From: an uncultured Flavobacteriaceae bacterium
GTDB lineage: Bacteria > Bacteroidota > Bacteroidia > Flavobacteriales > Flavobacteriaceae
Assembly (NCBI GenBank): GCA_963972425.1
Contig: CAXAUF010000010.1
Coordinates: 3,013-67,012 of the forward strand
DNA length: 64,000 nucleotides
Reading direction: 5' to 3'
Shown in pieces: positions 17,572-26,789 of the stretch. Within the stretch, counting starts at the first letter, position 1; the number at the start of each line of letters is the position of its first letter. Made by a program: the position numbers and the translations under genes. The notes under the pieces are model-generated. The model ran no database searches and was not told the DNA's origin. It was given only the letters and a program-made list of their open reading frames with translations.

Positions 17572-18926
17572 TAGGCTTTTTCTTCCCCTTTAACCGCATT
17601 AATAAATGTTCTAATAATAATCTTTAAATCTAAAAGTAAAGACCAGTTTTCAATATAAAAGATATCATATTTTACACGACCAATAATATCTTTATCTGTT
17701 TCTACTTCACCACGGAATCCACTAATTTGAGCTAACCCGGTTATACCTGGTTTTACAAAATGGCGTACCATAAACTTATCAATGCGTTTAGCGTACATAT
17801 TGGTATGGCTTACCATGTGAGGTCTAGGTCCTACAACTGACATATCGCCAAAAAGTACATTAAAAAATTGTGGTAGCTCATCAATACTTGTTTTTCTAAT
17901 AAACTTACCTGTTTTTGTTATGCGTTGATCTCCACGAGTTGCTTGGTATAAATGAGCATCTTTATTAGGTGTCATAGAACGAAATTTATAACAATCAAAT
18001 TCCTTGTAATTAAATCCATTTCTAGATTGTTTAAAAAATACAGGTCCTTTAGATTCTAATTTTATTAAAATAGCAATAATAGGTGTTAACCATGATAAAA
18101 TAAAGATAATAACACATGAAGAAAACAGAATATCAAAAAGACGTTTGACGAATTGATTAGCAGACTCTTCTAAAGGTATATTTCTTAAAGATAGGATTGG
18201 AATATAATCGTAATACTCATACTTTAATTTTTTGGAATAAATATCTTTATTATCTGGAAGGAATTTAAGTATAATAAGATTATTATCAGCAAAATCAATC
18301 ACTTTCATCATTTGTGTATTTGAAAGTTCAGAAATTGAGCAATATATTTCTTCTATTGATTCTTTTTTCAGGAAATGTAAGCACGCATCCAAGTCAAACG
18401 TATCTTTATTTTTTAAATTGAATGTTTTTTTATGCTTATATCCATATTCGGGATTAGAATTAAAAAAATTCTCTAATGCAATGGTTTGTTTATTCTTACC
18501 TAAAATGGCAGTTGTTCTGTAATTACCACCAAAAGAAGATCGGTATTTTTGAAGTAAATAATAAAAGGCAAACTTAAAAACGGTAATTAAAATAAAGGAA
18601 AATAATACGTATTTAAATATAATTTTAGGGCGAATATCTAGATCGTGATAGAAGCCAGAATAAGCCAAAACAAATAAGCCAAAAAGTATCATTTGTCTAA
18701 AAACTAATGACAAAATGGTAATTTCTCTGGTATATCTGTACACCTCATAAAACTTCGAGTTTACAGATACAAACATCCAGGCAATAGTTGTAACAGAAAC
18801 AAAAATTAAAGGATATTGGAAATTAAAAAAGTATAAAATAGCTAAACCATTTATAATGCCTAAATCTACCAAATAAGAAATAGGCCTAATATAAATAGAG
18901 TATCTACCGTGTTTTATTTGGCTCAT
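17568..18926 (-). CDS. Polyprenyl-phosphate hexose-1-phosphate transferase (initiating sugar transferase, WcaJ/WbaP-like)
   Basis: An N-terminal multi-TM region followed by the bacterial sugar transferase domain (LFDILFS..., KFRSM, DELPQFFNVLFGDMSVVGPRP). Confidence 0.85.
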   Translation of the reverse strand: MSQIKHGRYSIYIRPISYLVDLGIINGLAILYFFNFQYPLIFVSVTTIAWMFVSVNSKFYEVYRYTREITILSLVFRQMILFGLFVLAYSGFYHDLDIRPKIIFKYVLFSFILITVFKFAFYYLLQKYRSSFGGNYRTTAILGKNKQTIALENFFNSNPEYGYKHKKTFNLKNKDTFDLDACLHFLKKESIEEIYCSISELSNTQMMKVIDFADNNLIILKFLPDNKDIYSKKLKYEYYDYIPILSLRNIPLEESANQFVKRLFDILFSSCVIIFILSWLTPIIAILIKLESKGPVFFKQSRNGFNYKEFDCYKFRSMTPNKDAHLYQATRGDQRITKTGKFIRKTSIDELPQFFNVLFGDMSVVGPRPHMVSHTNMYAKRIDKFMVRHFVKPGITGLAQISGFRGEVETDKDIIGRVKYDIFYIENWSLLLDLKIIIRTFINAVKGEEKAY

Positions 18927-19912
18927 TAATTTTTAATATGCTTGGAGAAATCTTTGTGTTCGCTTTTATTTAACTCTTCAGCAGATAATTGCTTAAAATA
19001 GCTAAACGTTTTAGCCATACCTTCTGCTCTGTCCACTTTAGGTGTCCAATTTAATAGTTTTTTAGCTAGGGTAATATCTGGCTGTCTTTGTAACGGATCA
19101 TCGGTTGGAAGTTCCTTATAAATAATTTTCTGATCAGTTCCTGTTAGTTTTATAATTTCTTCAGCAAAGTCTTTTATGGTAATTTCATGAGGGTTACCAA
19201 TATTTACAGGATAGGAATAATCGCTAAAAAGCAAGTTATAAATACCTTCAACTTGATCGTCAACATAACAAAAAGAACGCGTTTGAGAACCATTGCCAAA
19301 AACAGTTAAATCTTCACCTCGTAAAGCTTGTCCCATAAAAGCAGGAATAACACGACCATCATTTAGGCGCATTCGCGGTCCATAGGTGTTGAAAATTCGG
19401 ACAATTCGGGTTTCTACACCGTGAAACCTGTGGTATGCCATGGTTATGGATTCTTGAAAACGTTTGGCTTCATCATAAACGCCTCGTGGTCCTATGGTAT
19501 TTACATTTCCATAATAATCTTCAGTTTGTGGATGTACTAAAGGGTCTCCATAAACTTCGGATGTAGATGCAATTAATATTCTGGCATTTTTAGCTTTAGC
19601 AAGACCTAACAAGTTATGTGTTCCTAAAGAACCTACTTTTAATGTTTGAATGGGTATTTTTAGATAATCGATAGGGCTTGCTGGTGATGCAAAGTGTAAG
19701 ATATAATGCAAATCTCCTTCGATTTTTATAAATTCAGTTACATCATGCTCGATAAATTCAAAATTAGGGTTATCAAGTAAATGTTTGATGTTTTTAGAAT
19801 CGCCTGTAATATAGTTATCCATACCAATGACGTGAAACCCTTCTTTTATAAAACGATCGCTTAAATGAGAACCTAGAAAACCAGCCGCTCCTGTTATTAA
19901 TACCTTTTTCAT
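18926..19912 (-). CDS. UDP-glucuronate decarboxylase (UDP-xylose synthase) family SDR
   Basis: [12 protein letters not shown], catalytic YDEAKR and [10 protein letters not shown], characteristic of UXS-type enzymes. Confidence 0.8.
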   Translation of the reverse strand: MKKVLITGAAGFLGSHLSDRFIKEGFHVIGMDNYITGDSKNIKHLLDNPNFEFIEHDVTEFIKIEGDLHYILHFASPASPIDYLKIPIQTLKVGSLGTHNLLGLAKAKNARILIASTSEVYGDPLVHPQTEDYYGNVNTIGPRGVYDEAKRFQESITMAYHRFHGVETRIVRIFNTYGPRMRLNDGRVIPAFMGQALRGEDLTVFGNGSQTRSFCYVDDQVEGIYNLLFSDYSYPVNIGNPHEITIKDFAEEIIKLTGTDQKIIYKELPTDDPLQRQPDITLAKKLLNWTPKVDRAEGMAKTFSYFKQLSAEELNKSEHKDFSKHIKN

Positions 19913-21222
19913 TAATCTATTGTCTTTCTTCCTATTGAACTATAATAAAAGCCTTCATTTTTAATATCCTGAACGTCGTATAAATTTCTACCATCAAAAA
20001 TAACTGGTGCATTCATTTCAGATTTCAGTTTATTAAAATCTGGTGTTCTAAAGATACTCCATTCTGTACAGATAATCAAGGCATCGGCATTTTGAATTGC
20101 CGAGTACATATCTGATGCAAACGTAACTTGATTTCCAAATTTTCGTTCAACGTTCTCCATGGCTTCTGGATCGAATGCGGTTATGGAAGCGCCATTTTTA
20201 AGTAAATCTTCTATAATATATAAAGCTGGTGCTTCACGAATATCATCGGTTTCTGGTTTGAAAGCCAAGCCCCAAATAGCTATTTTTTTGTCTTTTAAAT
20301 CGCCTTTAAAAAACGCATCAATACGCGGTAAAAGTACTCGTTTTTGTATATCATTTACCTTAATAACTGCATTTAGAATATCAAAGTTATAATTATTGTC
20401 TTTTCCTGATTTATGGAGTGCTTTAACGTCTTTAGGGAAGCAAGAGCCACCATATCCAATTCCAGGAAATAGGAAGCGTTTACCAATTCTTGAATCGGTT
20501 CCCATACCAATTCGTACTTTATCAACATCAGCTCCAACTTTTTCACAGAAGTTTGCTATTTCGTTCATAAAGGTAATTTTGGTTGCTAAAAATGAATTAG
20601 CTGCGTATTTGGTAAGTTCTGCCGATTTCTCATCCATGATAATTATCGGATTTCCAGAGCGCACAAATGGCTTATAGAGTTTTTCCATAAGTTGAGTTGC
20701 TTTATCTGAACTGGAACCAATAACAATACGTTCTGGCTTTAAAAAATCTTCAACCGCAAAACCTTCCCGTAAGAATTCTGGATTGGAAACCACATCAAAT
20801 TCTACAGTCGTTTCATTAGCAATAGCTTCAGTAACACGATCGGCTGTTCCTACAGGAACGGTACTTTTATCGACAATTACTTTGTAGCTTTTTATTAATT
20901 TTCCAATATTTTTTGCAGCTCCTAACACATAGGATAAATCAGCCGAGCCATCTTCATCCTCTGGAGTTGGTAGTGCCAAGAAAATAATATCGCCATGGTT
21001 TAGGCCTTCTTCCAATGAGGTAGAAAACTTTAAACGATTTGCCTGTATGTTTCTATCGAAAAGTGTATCTAGTAATGGTTCGTAGATTGGTACGATACCA
21101 TCTTGCATTTTTTTAACTTTACTTTCGTCAATGTCTATACATAAGACATTGTTACCTGTTTCGGCTAGACATGTTCCGGTAACTAAACCTACATAGCCTG
21201 TTCCTATTACTGATATGTTCAT
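19912..21222 (-). CDS. ugd: UDP-glucose 6-dehydrogenase
   Basis: [16 protein letters not shown] Rossmann fold and the catalytic-Cys motif [10 protein letters not shown]. Confidence 0.92.
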   Translation of the reverse strand: MNISVIGTGYVGLVTGTCLAETGNNVLCIDIDESKVKKMQDGIVPIYEPLLDTLFDRNIQANRLKFSTSLEEGLNHGDIIFLALPTPEDEDGSADLSYVLGAAKNIGKLIKSYKVIVDKSTVPVGTADRVTEAIANETTVEFDVVSNPEFLREGFAVEDFLKPERIVIGSSSDKATQLMEKLYKPFVRSGNPIIIMDEKSAELTKYAANSFLATKITFMNEIANFCEKVGADVDKVRIGMGTDSRIGKRFLFPGIGYGGSCFPKDVKALHKSGKDNNYNFDILNAVIKVNDIQKRVLLPRIDAFFKGDLKDKKIAIWGLAFKPETDDIREAPALYIIEDLLKNGASITAFDPEAMENVERKFGNQVTFASDMYSAIQNADALIICTEWSIFRTPDFNKLKSEMNAPVIFDGRNLYDVQDIKNEGFYYSSIGRKTID

Positions 21223-21252
21223 TTATTGTATTTTAAGTAGCTTACAAATATA

Positions 21253-22395
21253 TCATATTCGACTATCTTCCTTAAAAGATTCTCTAATAATCAATAAGTA
21301 AATAGCAATGTTGGAATATGTAAAAAAATTTCCAGCAATAAAAATAATGCTTATTACCACAAAAAGAAATAAAGTAGATATTTTATTTAATTTAAAGGTT
21401 AAAAAGACTTTTGAGAGGGTTATTAGGTAGACTACAGCTCCAATTATTCCAAAGAAAAACAGAAGATCAATAAATCCCATTTCAGATTTTAAAGAAAAAT
21501 CATTTATACCTCCTATCACATAATTAGTCAAATGCCAATTATCTTTTAAAAAGGGTAAGGTATCATTCATTAAATTATAATTTCTGAAGGATAATAATGT
21601 GGTTAGAAAGCCATCATTCACTCTAATATCATTAAACACTCCGAATTGAAAGAAATTTAAATATCCGAAAATTATTAAAATAATTAGGAGTAACGATATA
21701 CCGATTATTATTTTCTTGTTTTTGGTGAATGCAAATAAATAATAGACTAAAATAAAAAATACGGATACATAAACAGCTTTAGTGCCTATTAACAAACTAC
21801 CCAATAAAATGAAAATGGCCATTGGTTTGACTATAAAATTTTCTTTGTATTTATTTAAAAAATAAAATAGTGTTATTATGTAAATATATGATCCGGTTGA
21901 CGAATTTACGAACAACCCGTTATAACCGAATCTATCACCAGTGTAAGACTTTAAAAAATGAATACTAAACAGGAAGCCAATAAAAACTAAAACCGTATTT
22001 AATGTTATAATGTATTCAAATGTTTTAAATAAAATATCACGTGCTTTTTCATTAAGCGGTTTTTCCTTAAAATAGAACAATAATAAAAGTAGAAATAAGT
22101 ACTTAAAAAAAAGACTAATAATATCAATCTGGAATGAGTTTGGAATAAATAATTGACCAAATAAGAAGCAACCTAATATGGCACAAAACAATAATTTAAG
22201 CTTTATATCTTTACTAAAAACCAACGAAATAGTGAAAAGACATAAAGCAAGACCCTTAACTATTATTTGTGTCATTGAATTTTCATGGAAATAATATATA
22301 GATATTTTACCAATATTTTCTGATATAAAAAATAATAGTAATAATAACGAGGCTAAATAATTAGTTATAAAAATTGTGGCCTTATTATTTATCAT
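21253..22395 (-). CDS. O-antigen polymerase/ligase-like polytopic membrane protein (Wzy-like no. 3)
   Basis: 380 aa with about 10 TM helices. It has a periplasmic-loop style segment (DRFGYNGLFVNSSTGS) and a late SEMGFIDLLFFFGIIG segment reminiscent of the Wzy_C/O-antigen ligase family. Confidence 0.5.
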   Translation of the reverse strand: MINNKATIFITNYLASLLLLLFFISENIGKISIYYFHENSMTQIIVKGLALCLFTISLVFSKDIKLKLLFCAILGCFLFGQLFIPNSFQIDIISLFFKYLFLLLLLFYFKEKPLNEKARDILFKTFEYIITLNTVLVFIGFLFSIHFLKSYTGDRFGYNGLFVNSSTGSYIYIITLFYFLNKYKENFIVKPMAIFILLGSLLIGTKAVYVSVFFILVYYLFAFTKNKKIIIGISLLLIILIIFGYLNFFQFGVFNDIRVNDGFLTTLLSFRNYNLMNDTLPFLKDNWHLTNYVIGGINDFSLKSEMGFIDLLFFFGIIGAVVYLITLSKVFLTFKLNKISTLFLFVVISIIFIAGNFFTYSNIAIYLLIIRESFKEDSRI

Positions 22396-22921
22396 TTCTA
22401 TATTTTAATATTTTGGCAGGAACACCACCTACAATAGCAAAATCCGGGATGTCTTTTGTAACTACGGCTCCTGCTGCTACGATTACATGGCTTCCTATGT
22501 TACAGCCTGCCGTAACAATAACATTTGCACCTAGCCAAACATCATTTCCAATACATGTTTCAAAATAATTTTTCCCCTGTGCTTGTATTGGTATATCTAA
22601 ACTGTCATATCTATGATTTCTGGAATAGACTTTAACGTCTGGTCCCATTATAACATTATTTCCAATATGCACATTAGCCTGAATTAAACAGTTAGTTCCT
22701 AATTCTGAATAATTACCCAAGGTTGCATTCGGTGATATTTCGGCTCCTTTTTTCACTCGCGGTTTATGTCCACATTTCTTCAGATATTTGCGAACCAAAA
22801 AGCTTCTCAATTTTGGGAAAAATAGAGCATAAGGTCTATAATCTTCAGGTGTTTGTTTAAAAAATAAAACATATACTAAATATACTATTTTTCTAAAGGA
22901 AGATATATTATTGGTTTTCAT
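22385..22921 (-). CDS. Hexapeptide-repeat (LbH) O-acetyltransferase
   Basis: IGNDVWLGANVIVTAGCNIGSHVIVAAGAVVTKDIPDFAIVGGVPAKIL is a typical left-handed beta-helix acetyltransferase C-terminus. Confidence 0.85.
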   Translation of the reverse strand: MKTNNISSFRKIVYLVYVLFFKQTPEDYRPYALFFPKLRSFLVRKYLKKCGHKPRVKKGAEISPNATLGNYSELGTNCLIQANVHIGNNVIMGPDVKVYSRNHRYDSLDIPIQAQGKNYFETCIGNDVWLGANVIVTAGCNIGSHVIVAAGAVVTKDIPDFAIVGGVPAKILKYRNDK

Positions 22922-24137
22922 TACTTAAAGCTATTTTATTTATGGCAAAAAACATGGCAAAAAACGTTATTCCCATATTACGAACCAACACATTTTCAGT
23001 AGTTGAGATACAAATCACGAATACTATTAACAGTAATTGCTCATATTTTTTTGTTTTGATTGCTTGATAACTATTGAAAGTTAAGAAAAAGAAGAAGACT
23101 GTTAAACCCATTAATCCTAATTCTATCAAATAATTTAAATACTGATTATGCGAATTGTATTTTTTTTCAAAAGAAAAGAACATTTCATTTTCAATATAAG
23201 CTTCTTTTAACACTGTCATTTCCATTCCTGTACCATAACCAAAAAATGGTTTTTCCAAAACTTTTTCAACTGCTACTTGCCATCTTGCCATTCGTGAATC
23301 AGAAACTAATTTTTTAGTTGTATTACTATTACCTACATTTTCTGTTAAATCCCAAACAATACCTCGTTGCCATTTTTTAACGAAATATGTGTCTTTCAAA
23401 ACATAAAGCATAGACACCATTAAAAACAAACCCGTTCCTAGTACAATTAAACGTTGTTTTTTGCTTTTTAATTTTAGAAACACATAAAATAAAGCGTATA
23501 TAAGGGCTGCAATAAAAACAATACGGCTGTTCAGAAATAGTAAGCTCACGAAAAACACTGAATAAATTACTATCTGAATTTCTTTTGCTAATTTGTAGTG
23601 GTTAAATTCCCACATAGCAGAACTTACCAAAATGTATAAACCTAAATATGTAGGATGGGAATCATGCAAAGGCAGAACGAATTTTTGAGTTGTATACCTA
23701 TAACTAAACAAGTATCTTAAAGTGAAATTTTCTGCATCTATGTAATTTATGAGAACATTTATGAGTAAAAATAAACAAACAAAAAACAAGCTTATTGTTA
23801 ACCCAAAAAATAATGATTTCTGGACTTTTCGAAAATCTAATTTCGATTTAAAACCTAGAACTAAAGGTATTATTAGAAAAGTAGCTATCCTCCCTAAAAA
23901 ATTAAAACCAGTACTAAAATTGTCCGAATAAAAAACACCTAAAACATATGCAAAAAATAGCATAGCTGTGGATGTTAAAAAGAATTTATAATTGTAGGTT
24001 ACGTTTTTTTTGTCAATCTTAAAAACAACAATAAAAATAGATAATGCCAAAAAAACATTACTTGCTGGTAAATATATGGGCACAAAGAAAGAAAATAGAA
24101 AGAAAGGTATTAGTGAATATTTATCTATGTAATTCAT
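22908..24137 (-). CDS. O-antigen ligase/polymerase family membrane protein (Wzy-like no. 2)
   Basis: 409 aa and polytopic. It has a large loop followed by NSHNQYLNYLIELGLMGL, the H-x-N-x-Y-L..E.G motif of Wzy_C-domain proteins. Confidence 0.65.
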   Translation of the reverse strand: MNYIDKYSLIPFFLFSFFVPIYLPASNVFLALSIFIVVFKIDKKNVTYNYKFFLTSTAMLFFAYVLGVFYSDNFSTGFNFLGRIATFLIIPLVLGFKSKLDFRKVQKSLFFGLTISLFFVCLFLLINVLINYIDAENFTLRYLFSYRYTTQKFVLPLHDSHPTYLGLYILVSSAMWEFNHYKLAKEIQIVIYSVFFVSLLFLNSRIVFIAALIYALFYVFLKLKSKKQRLIVLGTGLFLMVSMLYVLKDTYFVKKWQRGIVWDLTENVGNSNTTKKLVSDSRMARWQVAVEKVLEKPFFGYGTGMEMTVLKEAYIENEMFFSFEKKYNSHNQYLNYLIELGLMGLTVFFFFLTFNSYQAIKTKKYEQLLLIVFVICISTTENVLVRNMGITFFAMFFAINKIALSNENQ

Positions 24138-25357
24138 TTAAATCCTTTTAAACTAAAATTAATCCTGTAAGTCATAATCTTTATTAATGCAATAATTATT
24201 AACATAATGTAAAACGTTAAATCAAAATATCCTGTGTGAATGCACATAAGTGTGTTAATGGTAAACAATGCATATAAAGTTAAAGAAAATGGATCCTTTT
24301 TTTCTTTCATTATTTTCTTTATGTACTCAATGAGAAAGGCAATTAGCAAGAAACCAAAAAACACCAGAAAATATCCACCGTCTATAAATAAGGCACCTTG
24401 TAAAGTAGGCGTTATACTCCATGGTTTTCCATTTGGCATTTTTCTTGCTCCAACAATTTCGCCTACAATATTTCTAACCCCTAATTGACTTCCTGGTAAT
24501 AATGTTTTAAAATTAGAAAAAGCTAATCCTAAATAATACGGCTTATTTTCTGTTTTTTCAATGATAGTTTTAACCATTTGCTGGTCAAATCTAAAAAGAG
24601 CGAGTGTTGGTATAAATTGTTTTAAAACAGGTTTATCCTCAAAATATGTTATGTCCATATTCTTGTAATAACGTGTTAGGCTATACTTTAAACTCACTCT
24701 AAAGGAAGAGATATAAGACATTAACATGACCACCACCAACAAGCCAATTAGGTTTTTTTTGGTAAAAATATTCTTATACCTATTTTGAAAATCATTTCTA
24801 ATTACAAAAAAAAGAATAACAGTACCTCCCACTAAAATTATTAAAGGAGATCTGTAACCTAAAGAAATTATAAATAAGGCTTGCGTTATGATGAAAATTA
24901 TATATTTAATTTTAAATTTTTTGTTTGCTAAAAGTCTTTCAGCAAAGAAAATTAATGATATAATGATGCTTGTATAAACTATAACATTTGTAATAGCAAA
25001 AGTCCCAAACCTTTTAGTAGCCGACAATATTAGTATGCCTCCATTTAGATAATGCGTTAAAATAATTAAGCAAAAACTGAATGTATTTATCAAAACAAAT
25101 AAAACAAAAATTACTTTAGGTTTAAACCTCCCTTTTATATTACTTTTAAACTTTATTTTTATTGTGCGTGTGAATAAAGTGCCTATTAAGAAGCCTATAA
25201 AGCCCAAAAAGCATAATATGTATAATTTCGTGTTTTCTAATATTTCAGAAAAAAAAGGAAAGTTTATAATTCCTGTCAAATTAACAGCAAGAAAAATAAC
25301 CAAAAATATTCTTAAATAAGGTAATGGTTTGATTTCAATATTTTCATTCATAATCAC
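24134..25357 (-). CDS. Oligosaccharide repeat-unit polymerase (Wzy-like no. 1)
   Basis: 407 aa with about 11 TM helices, no soluble domain, and a loop with charged residues (ARKMPNGKPWSITPTLQGALFIDGG). It is the first gene of the minus-strand operon. Confidence 0.5.
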   Translation of the reverse strand: MIMNENIEIKPLPYLRIFLVIFLAVNLTGIINFPFFSEILENTKLYILCFLGFIGFLIGTLFTRTIKIKFKSNIKGRFKPKVIFVLFVLINTFSFCLIILTHYLNGGILILSATKRFGTFAITNVIVYTSIIISLIFFAERLLANKKFKIKYIIFIITQALFIISLGYRSPLIILVGGTVILFFVIRNDFQNRYKNIFTKKNLIGLLVVVMLMSYISSFRVSLKYSLTRYYKNMDITYFEDKPVLKQFIPTLALFRFDQQMVKTIIEKTENKPYYLGLAFSNFKTLLPGSQLGVRNIVGEIVGARKMPNGKPWSITPTLQGALFIDGGYFLVFFGFLLIAFLIEYIKKIMKEKKDPFSLTLYALFTINTLMCIHTGYFDLTFYIMLIIIALIKIMTYRINFSLKGFK

Positions 25358-25369
25358 TTTTGTATACTA

Positions 25370-25377
25370 CAAAAATA
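25370..25377 (-). promoter_or_regulatory. Candidate -7 box TATTTTTG for the wzy-ugd operon
   Basis: Plus-strand caaaaata is the reverse complement. It lies 13 nt upstream of the ATG at 25357. Confidence 0.3.
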
Positions 25378-25408
25378 TGCAACTTAAAAAACAAACAAGA
25401 AATAAACT

Positions 25409-26482
25409 ATGAAATTATTTTTAATCTCAAATATGTATCCATCTGCAGCAGATTCTTTATTTGGAGTTTTTGTTCAAAACTTTAAAAATGAATTAGAAAA
25501 ACAAGGTGCTACATTTAGTAAATTAAGTTTAATAAAAGGAAAATCTAGTTCAATCTTTAAAAAACTATCAAGTTATATAAATCATTATTACAGTTGTATT
25601 AATAATTATGCATCCAATGATTATGATTTAATATATGTACATTATTTAACGCATCACATTCCTATATTATCACTCTTTAATTTAAACAAAAAGAAGGTGG
25701 TAATAAACTCTCATGGAAGTGATATTATTGGTTTACAAAATTCCCCTTTTTTAAATTTTTTTGCTAAACGGATTTTAAAAAAAGTACATTTGATAGTTGT
25801 TCCTACAAGTTATTTTAAAGCAAAAATTATAGATTATTATCCTTTTTTAGATTCAAACAAAATCTATGTTTCACCATCAGCAGGAATAGAAGCTCATAAA
25901 TTTTATTCAAAACAACAAAAAACATTTACCAGTAAAACCCTTTCATTAGGTTTCATTTCTCGTTTTATAGAAGAAAAAGGTTGGAAAACATACTTGCAGG
26001 CATTAGTTGAACTAAAAGAAGCGGAGATTCCTTTCAAGGCAGTAATGGCTGGGAAAGGTCCAGACGAAAGTCAGATTTTAGAATTTATTGAAGAAAATGA
26101 ATTGAGCACAAATCTCAATTATTTAGGATTGGTTAAACAAGACGAATTAATTGATATTTATAATGATTTAGACCTCTATATTTTTCCAACTTATAGAGAA
26201 GCTGAAAGTTTAGGATTAACAGGTTTAGAAGCCATGTCCTGTGGTGCTGCAGTAGTATCATGCAATGTTTCTGGACCAACAACATATGTTGAAAATAATA
26301 TAAATGGTTATTTATTCCCACCTAAAGACACCACAGAGCTCGTAAAAATCATAAAGCACTATTATAAACTCAACTCTAATGAAAAAGAAAAAATGTCACT
26401 TGCGGCCTTAGAGACTGCTAAACAATATGAAAGTAAACGTGTCAATAAAAAACTGTATGAAAAACTTATTCAAACGTTGTAA
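25409..26482 (+). CDS. Glycosyltransferase family 4
   Basis: GT-B fold C-terminus with REAESLGLTGLEAMSCGAAVV (EX7E motif). Confidence 0.8.
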   Translation: MKLFLISNMYPSAADSLFGVFVQNFKNELEKQGATFSKLSLIKGKSSSIFKKLSSYINHYYSCINNYASNDYDLIYVHYLTHHIPILSLFNLNKKKVVINSHGSDIIGLQNSPFLNFFAKRILKKVHLIVVPTSYFKAKIIDYYPFLDSNKIYVSPSAGIEAHKFYSKQQKTFTSKTLSLGFISRFIEEKGWKTYLQALVELKEAEIPFKAVMAGKGPDESQILEFIEENELSTNLNYLGLVKQDELIDIYNDLDLYIFPTYREAESLGLTGLEAMSCGAAVVSCNVSGPTTYVENNINGYLFPPKDTTELVKIIKHYYKLNSNEKEKMSLAALETAKQYESKRVNKKLYEKLIQTL

Positions 26483-26486
26483 AATA

Positions 26487-26759
26487 TCATTTATATATAT
26501 TCTTTCTTATATAAATAACACTCACCAGATTCCAAAAATCTAAACTAACTGACGTTGCAATAGCAACACCATTGACACCATAATTATTAACTAAAACCAA
26601 GTTTAGAGAAATGTTAATTAGTAAAGCTATAAAAAGTATGTTTTGAAAAGCTTTCTGGCTGCGTGTCATTTGTAGAATAGACCCAACAGGACCACAAACT
26701 GCATTGAACATTGGCCTACACATAAAATGATCAATGCTTTTTTCCTAGCTTAAAATTTT
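26487..26759 (-). pseudogene. Truncated, frameshifted 3' remnant of a second Wzx flippase gene
   Basis: The track ORF (78 aa, FNAVCGPVGSILQMTRSQKAFQNILFIALLINISLNLVLV...) aligns with the C-terminus of the intact Wzx at 29375-30655 (FNAVCGPVGSILQMTGRQKVFQNILFIALIINITLNILLV...). DNA similarity continues upstream to about 26759, with a 1-nt gap at about 26711 (gaaca-ttggcc versus gaacagttggcc). No 5' part is present. Confidence 0.8.
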
Positions 26760-26789
26760 AAGCATTTTTGAATTACGTTTTCTGAACAA

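Noticed and set aside
20159-20677. Two plus-strand ORFs inside ugd
   Set aside because: They are antisense to a high-confidence UDP-glucose dehydrogenase and have no motifs.
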